54,689 nucleotides of DNA, taken from a virus (taxonomy: Duplodnaviria > Caudoviricetes). Made by a program: the position numbers and the translations under genes. Under the pieces are notes generated by a model that saw only the letters and a list, made by a program, of their open reading frames with translations, had not been told where the DNA came from and made no database searches. Of the stretch, positions 1-7,637 are shown piece after piece. Position 1 is the stretch's first letter. Each line of letters begins with the position of its first letter. The stretch lies in IMG/VR virus record IMGVR_UViG_3300005753_000041, positions 1 to 54,689 of that record; one strand, given 5' to 3'.

Positions 1-381
1 ATGAAAACATACACAGTATACGCACAAGAGTTCGTACCAGAGTCTTTACTAGCTAAATATCCAAAACCAGCAGAGTATGCAGAAGGCAAATTATATTTAT
101 TTGCTGAAAATTTAGAAAAAGTAACAGGTACACCGGCTGTTGATATATTTGATTTTTCGGTCATGGGATTGCAAGAAGATGACGGTACTGAAAAATCAGT
201 ATCTATAGTAGATGGTGTTGAGGTTGAAACAGATATGCTAACTAAATCGGGATTGATATCAATGGTAACTGCAATGCTTTCTGGTACGATGACTGGCAGA
301 GAAATTCAATTGTCAGTTGCTCAGGGTAAATATTTATATTCGACAATATTTGCACCAAAGTCAGCGATCGAACAGCAATGA
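1..381 (+). CDS. hypothetical protein (may be 5'-truncated by window edge)
   Basis: 126-aa ORF in late-strand direction; no recognised motif. Confidence 0.6.
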   Translation: MKTYTVYAQEFVPESLLAKYPKPAEYAEGKLYLFAENLEKVTGTPAVDIFDFSVMGLQEDDGTEKSVSIVDGVEVETDMLTKSGLISMVTAMLSGTMTGREIQLSVAQGKYLYSTIFAPKSAIEQQ

Positions 382-467
382 AATCTGGTAAAGAAATAGC
401 AACGGACATTAACATTATATCCTTAATAGTGTTGATTGGTTATCTAATATATATAGGAAACTTGTAG
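378..467 (+). CDS. small single-TM peptide (29 aa, MKSGKEIATDINIISLIVLIGYLIYIGNL)
   Basis: Read manually; ATGA overlap with upstream gene and TAG/GTG overlap with downstream gene; fills the gap exactly. Confidence 0.5.
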   Translation: MKSGKEIATDINIISLIVLIGYLIYIGNL

Positions 468-928
468 TGGAAAAACGAATTGAGAGGCTAGAAATAGCAG
501 TAGGCAAACTTGTGACTAGTGAGCAAAGAAGTATTGACATACAGAACTCCTTAAAGGTCAGCATGAAAGATATTGCTAATTCACTAAGAATCTTTAACGA
601 CCATATGGTTGAAAGTAAAGTACTTAATGCAGCCCATCTTAGATTTGAAGCAGATACCCTACAAAAACTCACTGAGTATGACGCTAAACGGAGTAAAGAC
701 TTAGATAAAATTTATAAAATAATTCGTGATGAGCAGAAGACTTTAAGTGAAAACGCTACCTGTGTGAAACTAGTTACCCAACGTGGCGATAGACTCAGAG
801 AGGATATTGAGCACTTAAAGCAAAGTGCAGAAAATTCTATTATTATGTGGCGCAATAGTGCCATAACACTATTTTTAACCATTATGGCTGGCGTTAGTTT
901 ATGGCTTATAAAAGGTAATACACCATGA
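467..928 (+). CDS. coiled-coil protein with C-terminal TM helix (lysis-region membrane protein)
   Basis: Heptad-like body, hydrophobic C-terminus AITLFLTIMAGVSLWLI, AGGA RBS before GTG. Confidence 0.6.
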   Translation: MEKRIERLEIAVGKLVTSEQRSIDIQNSLKVSMKDIANSLRIFNDHMVESKVLNAAHLRFEADTLQKLTEYDAKRSKDLDKIYKIIRDEQKTLSENATCVKLVTQRGDRLREDIEHLKQSAENSIIMWRNSAITLFLTIMAGVSLWLIKGNTP

Positions 929-1209
929 CCATCAATTTAAAAATAGTATCAACTCTACTGGGTATTATAGGAAGCTTGTTCACTGCAGGCTATTTTGTAT
1001 TTGAATATCATAATACCCTTGCAACGAAAAAAGAGGTTAATTTAATTTTTATTGAATTACGCCTTAATGACGTTGAGGATAGTATTGAGAATTATAGTAA
1101 TGCAGATACGTTGACTACAGTTGAGCAGAGGCGGTATGATAGATTAGTCAAGACGCTTTCTAGGTTAGAAGGAAGTCGAGATAAAATTTTAGGATTAGGT
1201 AATGATTAA
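925..1209 (+). CDS. N-terminal TM membrane protein, hypothetical
   Basis: TM segment IVSTLLGIIGSLFTAGYFVF then coiled coil; ATGA overlap. Confidence 0.6.
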   Translation: MTINLKIVSTLLGIIGSLFTAGYFVFEYHNTLATKKEVNLIFIELRLNDVEDSIENYSNADTLTTVEQRRYDRLVKTLSRLEGSRDKILGLGND

Positions 1210-1444
1210 ATATATTTTAATTGGTTTACTTCTTGTAGTTTCCTTGGCTGGTCAAACAGCTGTAGTGGATAAGATGGTGTCCAGAAATGGTGACTTACTT
1301 ATTAGAGTGAGTAACATTGAAAATTATACTGTCCAATGCCAAATTTGGAATGACACATATTATGTAGAATTTAATTTAGGTCCAATGAGGACAAGTAGAT
1401 GGTACATAGAACCTTACGGTAATTACACGGTGGAATGCGAATAA
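1202..1444 (+). CDS. small secreted protein
   Basis: Signal-peptide-like N-terminus (MIKYILIGLLLVVSLAG), two Cys, beta-rich. Confidence 0.55.
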   Translation: MIKYILIGLLLVVSLAGQTAVVDKMVSRNGDLLIRVSNIENYTVQCQIWNDTYYVEFNLGPMRTSRWYIEPYGNYTVECE

Positions 1445-1683
1445 TGAATGATTTAATAGTACAATGGTTTGAAGATATCCAATTATCAAAAACAATTAGC
1501 TTTGCCCGATTGAAGCAATTAGTTGGTTTAGTAGGAATTGTCTTATATATGGTTCCTTTATTTGAAGTTGGATTCTGGACAGGTGTCACATCTGCATCTT
1601 TGTTAGTTATGGGTGCGGTAGATGAATACCTCCGTAAAAATACAACTGCATCTCTTGAATTGAAGAGGGAACGCGCAGAATGA
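1444..1683 (+). CDS. two-TM membrane protein (holin/antiholin candidate)
   Basis: Two hydrophobic segments; TAATG coupling supports start at 1444; adjacent to 3TM holin. Confidence 0.5.
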   Translation: MNDLIVQWFEDIQLSKTISFARLKQLVGLVGIVLYMVPLFEVGFWTGVTSASLLVMGAVDEYLRKNTTASLELKRERAE

Positions 1684-2090
1684 AGCTACCGTGGACAGCA
1701 GTTCTTGAAGTAGGCGGTAACTTAATTGATGAGCTGTTTACTTCTGATGCAGAGAAGGCAGAAGCCAAGTTAAAATTGGCTACTCTTCATCAAGCTGGAA
1801 AGCTTAAAGAGACTGAAAGTTCCATGAATGTAGTAGTTGCGGAAGCCAAGTCTGAACATTTTATTGTTGCTGCTTGGCGACCAATCACAATGCTTACTTT
1901 CGTATTCATTATTGCTAACAATTATATTATCTACCCATACATGAATCTATTTTTTGATACCGGTATTAAGTTGGAATTACCTAAAGACCTTTGGGAATTA
2001 TTAAAGATTGGTTTAGGGGGTTATGTCGTTGGACGTAGTGGTGAGAAAATAGCAAAAGAATACGCTAAATTTAAGGAAAGCAAAAAATGA
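1680..2090 (+). CDS. holin of the 3TM (GTA-type) family
   Basis: Family motifs LIDELFTSDAEK, EAKSEHFIVAAWRP, LWELLKIGLGGYVVGRSGEK. Confidence 0.85.
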   Translation: MKLPWTAVLEVGGNLIDELFTSDAEKAEAKLKLATLHQAGKLKETESSMNVVVAEAKSEHFIVAAWRPITMLTFVFIIANNYIIYPYMNLFFDTGIKLELPKDLWELLKIGLGGYVVGRSGEKIAKEYAKFKESKK

Positions 2091-2593
2091 GTAAATTGAA
2101 ATCCCCCTGGAAAAGTGGAGTAACAATTGCAATCACATTATTTATATTAGCTTGGTTGGTTATTGGTACTAAAGCAGAAGCTAAAACAATTTTTGGTGTA
2201 TCTGCAGGCGCTACCTTTGTTGGTGGTGAGCAGTACGAATCAGAAACCATTATGATTACAGAAACCCTTGACGACAAATATGAGCTAGGTATTGCGCTGA
2301 TGTTAAGGTTAGCCTGCACAGAAGACAGTGAATGTGCCCGTGGCGAGTATGATTCAGCTAATCAACTTATATTTGTACAAAGAGTAGTTAGGTATAAAGC
2401 TTTCCAAATGGGGATTGGAGTAGGTTACAGCCATAATAAATTACCCACATATAACACGCATACCCCCTTTATTTTATCTATGAGATATGATCTCACTGGA
2501 AGATTAAGTGTCGGATATTTCCACGAATCATGTGGTGGTAGTTGTACATCCAATTCAGGCAAAGACATGATTTATATTGGATACAGCTTTTAA
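2087..2593 (+). CDS. PagL-like outer-membrane beta-barrel (lipid A 3-O-deacylase family)
   Basis: N-terminal signal/TM, alternating beta strands, C-terminal H-x-S-x-G...N-x-G-x-D motif (YFHESCGG..SNSGKD), terminal aromatic IGYSF. Confidence 0.65.
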   Translation: MSKLKSPWKSGVTIAITLFILAWLVIGTKAEAKTIFGVSAGATFVGGEQYESETIMITETLDDKYELGIALMLRLACTEDSECARGEYDSANQLIFVQRVVRYKAFQMGIGVGYSHNKLPTYNTHTPFILSMRYDLTGRLSVGYFHESCGGSCTSNSGKDMIYIGYSF

Positions 2594-2635
2594 AATAAAT
2601 TCAAGTGGATGATGGAGGTAAGCAATCTTACATCA

Positions 2636-2663
2636 TTGACATCAACATAGTTCAAGGTACAAT
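2636..2663 (+). promoter_or_regulatory. sigma70-type late promoter
   Basis: TTGACA (2636-2641), 16 nt, TACAAT (2658-2663) in the intergenic gap ahead of GAGGA RBS; N4 late genes use host sigma70 RNAP. Confidence 0.65.
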
Positions 2664-2691
2664 TGATCAATAAACTTATAGAGGAATTAAA

Positions 2692-3102
2692 ATGAAAACA
2701 TCAAACGCAGGCGTTATTGCCGGACTTAACGCAATTACAGCATTATTAGATGCGGGTGCAGGCGCTGCAGTCATTAAGATATATAACGGAACGCAACCAG
2801 CAGATCCTTCTGTAGCAGTTGGTGTTCAAACATTACTAGGGACAGTTGTTTGTACTGACCCTGCATTTCCGTCAGCAATTGATGCTACAGGCTCTGCTAC
2901 TGCTACAGCTTCTGCAATTACTGCTGGGTTAGCAGTAGCGGTTGGTACTGCTTCATGGTTCAGGGCTTCAGATAGTAACGGTGTTGCTGTTTTTGATGGC
3001 GATGCTGGACAAGGTTCTGGTGAGCTAAACCTTGATGATAATACATTTGAAATCAATGATAATATCAGCGTCAACTCTTGGGTCATCACTATGGCAGAGT
3101 AA
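2692..3102 (+). CDS. putative virion structural protein (Ala/Gly-rich beta protein)
   Basis: IYNGTQPA...LLGT...GTASWFRASDS...DGDAG pattern recalled from phage structural modules; strong RBS. Confidence 0.6.
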   Translation: MKTSNAGVIAGLNAITALLDAGAGAAVIKIYNGTQPADPSVAVGVQTLLGTVVCTDPAFPSAIDATGSATATASAITAGLAVAVGTASWFRASDSNGVAVFDGDAGQGSGELNLDDNTFEINDNISVNSWVITMAE

Positions 3103-3128
3103 TGCCTATCTCCTAAAGGATATGCATT

Positions 3129-4043
3129 ATGACCCTAGTTCTCGCAAGTACAGCGCACTCTGCTGTATCTAACACTGTAGATAAGACTTATAGTTGCTTT
3201 GATACGGCAGAATCAGCTACGTTCTTAGTAGAAAATTTAGTTGCGGGTACTTTAGTTAATATGAGTACCGGCAATAATCTAAGTGATGTTGGCTATAATC
3301 CCTATAGTAACCGTTTTATGTTCACGCGTAATAACTTTGCTTCCTTCCATGAGTTCTCTGAATCAGATATTGTTAATGGTGTGGCAAGCCCTACACAAAT
3401 AAGAGTAGTTACTGTAACTGCCCTCTTCGGTGATGATACTGAAGGACTTACTGATGTAGTTCCTAATTTAACAGAAGGGGGCTATGAATTTTGGATTTCC
3501 ATAGAGAATGGGGGAGTTAATCAGACATACAACGTACCCTATTCTAAAACTAATATGTTAGGGACAAGTAACATTTCCATTGGGGCAAGACAGCAATTAA
3601 TTATGGCTACGGTTGGTTCATCTAATGATGGTCAAGAAGGGGTAGGATTCCATCTTAAGAATCAAGAACTAATTGGATGTTCTGAAGGTGCTGTAGGTGT
3701 AAGAAGAATCTACGTAGCTAATAGACCTACAGATAGAGATACGAATTACGATCAAGCCTCAGATGCAGAACTTACGGTAACCGCTCCGTTTGATGCAAAT
3801 GTAGTTGTGCCTTCTGGGTCTGATTTATCCTCTATTTGCTTCCATGAAGCTACCGGGCATATTCTAGTATTATCTGAGACGGGTAATGCTTTATATCAAT
3901 ATAAAAGAGATGGGACTTTAGTATCTACTCTATCTGGATTAAATACCCCACTATTTCAACCAGAAGGTATATGTATGCATGGAGACAACATGGTAATTAT
4001 GGGAGAAACAGATGAATGCTGTTATTACACCTATACACCATGA
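3129..4043 (+). CDS. SdiA-regulated/YjiK-like beta-propeller protein
   Basis: Blade motifs NLSDVGYNP, DTEGLT, GQEGVGF, DLSSICFH..TGHILVLSE, QPEGICM. Confidence 0.7.
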   Translation: MTLVLASTAHSAVSNTVDKTYSCFDTAESATFLVENLVAGTLVNMSTGNNLSDVGYNPYSNRFMFTRNNFASFHEFSESDIVNGVASPTQIRVVTVTALFGDDTEGLTDVVPNLTEGGYEFWISIENGGVNQTYNVPYSKTNMLGTSNISIGARQQLIMATVGSSNDGQEGVGFHLKNQELIGCSEGAVGVRRIYVANRPTDRDTNYDQASDAELTVTAPFDANVVVPSGSDLSSICFHEATGHILVLSETGNALYQYKRDGTLVSTLSGLNTPLFQPEGICMHGDNMVIMGETDECCYYTYTP

Positions 4044-4053
4044 GGCTAATTAA

Positions 4054-6546
4054 ATGACTATAGCTTTTGATGCGATAACAACCAACCTACAATTTACAGC
4101 CTCTGCTATAACTATTGGACACACTCCTACAGGAAACCCTGCAGGGGTATTTATATCTATAGTTCAGAATGCAGGTGTAGCTAATTTAGGCGCCATAACT
4201 TATGGCGGAGATGCATTAACTGAAATCGGAAGTTCCCCTTATATCAGTTCAAATGGAGAAGGGGGAGTAATCTCTCTTTACTTCAAAGGTTCTGGAGTTA
4301 AGACCGGTACACAAGATGCTGTTATAAATCCTACAGCTGGTGCAGGACGATATATAACAGTAATGACTGTAACTGCCGCAGCCGATTTAGAGATTAATTT
4401 AGCTTCTATAATATTAGATGTTGCTTCACAAGCTAACCCTTCTGGGACTTTAGCTTTAGGTAATCAAGAATCCTTTGTATATCATGTGCACATGTCGGGG
4501 CTTAGTGGCACGAATAGCACAGCTCCTTTAGCTGGTTGGACTGATAGGGGTGAAGGGGATTTAGGTTCGCTCACTTCTGGGCTATACACATATGACACTA
4601 TATCTGATGTAGATGTAACCTGTGGCTATTCCGCAGCCATTAATGACAATGTACATATAATTGCAATAGCAGTTAACGAAGAGGCTGCACCAGCTGGAGT
4701 ATCAATAGCTACGGTAAATGCAGGAAACTCAGTAGCTATAGGCGATACTGGTATAATTTTTACTGGGTTAAATTTTGAAGCTACCACCGGCACATTAACC
4801 ATAAGTCCTACAGATGATAGTAGTGATGTCAATGCCCGAGTACTTACTACTTCTGCATGGACAGATACTTCGATCACAGCTGATTTTCCTTCTGGATTAA
4901 ATCTCTTATACGATACTATTTATGTCTTTGTTACTACGGATACTGTACAAAAAAATGTTGCAGGTAAGGCGTTTCAGTTGGTACCTCCTGCGGTTAATAC
5001 TTTCACTTTAATTGAATCTATAAATGATGCTGGATTATTAGTCGGTACCACAAATATTCAATTTGGCTCAGACCAATTAGAGTATCAATTACTCTCTAAT
5101 GCGGGAGGGGGTGTACATATAGACATCTCTGGTACTTATTATATTGATTACGGGATTTCCGCAGCCCCTGCTACAGATACTATTTATATTAGGTTAGGGG
5201 ATTTCAGTGATCAAACATGGTCCAGTTCTAGCCTAACAGCAGTTGTACTAGGAAGTGCCGCGGCAAATATTGTAGGAAATGTAGCTCAGAGTTTAAATAG
5301 CCTTACTCAGAGCCTCTCAGCGAGCGTTACAGCTAATTCTACGGTAAATGCAGGAGATATTACCCAGACACTAAATTCATTAACACAGGTCTCTATAGGT
5401 AACGTTACTCCTAATGATACAGCTATTGCCTCCGATATTGCCCAAACACTTAATGCCTTAACGCAGTCTGCCAGTGGGACGCTCTCTAGCAATATTGCAG
5501 GGGATATTACGCAGACATTAAATAGCTTAACTCAATCAGCTACGGGAGTTGTCACTGACCATATAGCTGGGGATATAGCGCAGAATATAGGTGCCCTAAC
5601 TCAATCCGCTACTGCAACAGTTACAGCTAATTCTGCAGTGAATGCAGGAGATATAAATCAGAGTGTAAACGCATTGATTCAAAATGCTGTAGGGGTTTTG
5701 ACCCCTAATGCTACAGTAAACACAGGGGATATTACACAGACATTAAATAGCTTAACTCAATCAGCTACAGCTACTATTAATTTATTCGGACATATAATAT
5801 CAGGCCCCATTGCACAAACTCTTAACTCCCTGACTCAAACAGTCTCAGCTACAGTAACTACGAATAGTACAGTAAATGCTGGGGACATTAACCAGAGTTT
5901 AAGTAGCCTTACGCAAAGTGCCACTGGAGTTGTAGTTAGATTAGAGTCCATTGGCGATATCTCACAAACATTAAATAGCCTAACTCAGACTGTAACAGCT
6001 GTAGTTACAGCTAATGCTACAACGACAACAGGTAATATTACACAAACATTAAGTAGCTTAACCCAGACTGCAGTAGGTAATGCTTTTGGAGGAAGCTTAA
6101 TACAAGGAAATATTACACAGTCACTTAACGCACTGACTCAAGTTGCAACAGCCACGATAACTATTAACAGTACAGTGAATACAGGAGATATAAGTCAGTC
6201 CCTAAATTCACTAACTCAAACGGCTACCGGTAATGCAATCTCAAGTATATCCGGCAATATAGCTCAGTCCTTAAATAGCCTTACTCAAACATTATCTGGA
6301 AATAGTATTACAGATATAGATGGGGATATTACTCAATCATTAAGTACATTAACTCAAACCGCAACAGGAGTAGTGAGTCCAAATACTACACTCATCACTG
6401 GTAATATATCTATGGCTTTAAACAGCCTTACACAAATAGCCTCAGATGCGGAAATACTTATTGAGCCTAGAGATAAGATGTATACTAATTTTGATAATAG
6501 GATGTATACTAATAAGCCAACTAACATATTAGTGACTCACGCTTAG
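4054..6546 (+). CDS. fibre/spike-like virion protein with 16 GDIxQxLNSLTQ repeats
   Basis: Beta-rich N-terminal domains plus an Ig/IPT-like segment, then a tandem 23-27 aa repeat array. Confidence 0.7.
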   Translation: MTIAFDAITTNLQFTASAITIGHTPTGNPAGVFISIVQNAGVANLGAITYGGDALTEIGSSPYISSNGEGGVISLYFKGSGVKTGTQDAVINPTAGAGRYITVMTVTAAADLEINLASIILDVASQANPSGTLALGNQESFVYHVHMSGLSGTNSTAPLAGWTDRGEGDLGSLTSGLYTYDTISDVDVTCGYSAAINDNVHIIAIAVNEEAAPAGVSIATVNAGNSVAIGDTGIIFTGLNFEATTGTLTISPTDDSSDVNARVLTTSAWTDTSITADFPSGLNLLYDTIYVFVTTDTVQKNVAGKAFQLVPPAVNTFTLIESINDAGLLVGTTNIQFGSDQLEYQLLSNAGGGVHIDISGTYYIDYGISAAPATDTIYIRLGDFSDQTWSSSSLTAVVLGSAAANIVGNVAQSLNSLTQSLSASVTANSTVNAGDITQTLNSLTQVSIGNVTPNDTAIASDIAQTLNALTQSASGTLSSNIAGDITQTLNSLTQSATGVVTDHIAGDIAQNIGALTQSATATVTANSAVNAGDINQSVNALIQNAVGVLTPNATVNTGDITQTLNSLTQSATATINLFGHIISGPIAQTLNSLTQTVSATVTTNSTVNAGDINQSLSSLTQSATGVVVRLESIGDISQTLNSLTQTVTAVVTANATTTTGNITQTLSSLTQTAVGNAFGGSLIQGNITQSLNALTQVATATITINSTVNTGDISQSLNSLTQTATGNAISSISGNIAQSLNSLTQTLSGNSITDIDGDITQSLSTLTQTATGVVSPNTTLITGNISMALNSLTQIASDAEILIEPRDKMYTNFDNRMYTNKPTNILVTHA
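5275..6450 (+). repeat. 16 imperfect coding repeats G(D/N)I(T/A/S/N)Q(T/S)LNSLTQ
   Basis: Counted in translation; near-identical DNA copies GGGATATTACxCAGACATTAAATAGCTTAACTCAATCAGCTAC near 5500 and 5725. Confidence 0.9.
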
Positions 6547-6555
6547 GAACCAAAT

Positions 6556-6912
6556 ATGAAGATAAATATACCTGAAATTACTGCAGGAGATGATGTAGAT
6601 ATTGAACATCACATCACAGCGCAGAAAGTATCCTTCACTGTAGCCCCTACAGCCGTTGTATATTGCAAGATTATATCCAGAGATAAAGCTACAGCGTACA
6701 CAAGTGCGATCCGACAAACAGCCATTCAAGCTGGAGCGAATTGGGCTAAAAGTATTGTGAGTATTGTCATGTCTGCAAGTGAAACAGAAGCTATAAGTGC
6801 TTTAGAGCTACCTTGGAGAAACGGGGAATTGCCTGCCCTAATAGCAACAGAAATTAATGATAATGGTAAAGAAACGTATTACGGGCGTGTTTTACTACAT
6901 AAAGCTATATAG
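6556..6912 (+). CDS. hypothetical beta-sandwich structural protein (BppU-N-like connector candidate)
   Basis: Starts ITAGDD, beta pattern, ends TYYGRVLLHKAI; follows fibre gene. Confidence 0.45.
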   Translation: MKINIPEITAGDDVDIEHHITAQKVSFTVAPTAVVYCKIISRDKATAYTSAIRQTAIQAGANWAKSIVSIVMSASETEAISALELPWRNGELPALIATEINDNGKETYYGRVLLHKAI

Positions 6913-6920
6913 GAAATCCA

Positions 6921-7637
6921 ATGTTACTATCAGAGATATTTGAACATTTAAATTATGGGGAACTAGCACAAGTTTCCTTAGCAGGAGCAGAAGAAGAAGG
7001 TATTGTAAGCGGAGCATATCCTGCAATAATTTCTCACTTAAACATGGCTCTAATTACGTTGTACACTCGCTTCCCATTACGTATACGAGAAGTACAAATA
7101 CAACTATACTCTTCAATAACCGAGTACCAGCTAAAGGCAAGTTTCGCAACTAATAGTGGCTCCTTAGAATCTCCAAAATACTTAATAGATACGGCAAACG
7201 ATCCCTTTCTAGCAAGAATATTAAAGGTAGAACGTGTGGAGACAGATGACCCGAAGATTGTAGATGACTTACCACTAAATGACCTTACTGAAGAAACTAG
7301 TGTACATACCACAGCGTATAACACACTAAAAGTACCTACACCAAATGACACAGATATACTCACAGTTCACTTCAGAGCAGCTCCAGATAAGATAATTGCC
7401 GCAGGACTTGACCCTGAAACAGTGGAAATCCCTATTCCAGACAGTTTGTTAGAACCTTTGGTTTATTACATTGCTAGTAGAGCGCACGCAAATGTACCTT
7501 CCCTAGATGGGCAACCTACTGACAGTATGATGTACCTGCAAAAATTTGAACAAAGTGTAGCTAAAGTAGAGGCTCTGGGGTTAATCGAAAACACACACAC
7601 TAACAATACTAAATTGGAAAATAACGGATGGGTATAG
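6921..7637 (+). CDS. N4 gp67-like head-tail adaptor
   Basis: MLLSEIFEHLNYGELAQ..., HLNMALITLYTRFPL, LLEPLVYYIASR and C-terminal KLENNGWV resemble N4-like 30 kDa adaptor. Confidence 0.8.
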   Translation: MLLSEIFEHLNYGELAQVSLAGAEEEGIVSGAYPAIISHLNMALITLYTRFPLRIREVQIQLYSSITEYQLKASFATNSGSLESPKYLIDTANDPFLARILKVERVETDDPKIVDDLPLNDLTEETSVHTTAYNTLKVPTPNDTDILTVHFRAAPDKIIAAGLDPETVEIPIPDSLLEPLVYYIASRAHANVPSLDGQPTDSMMYLQKFEQSVAKVEALGLIENTHTNNTKLENNGWV

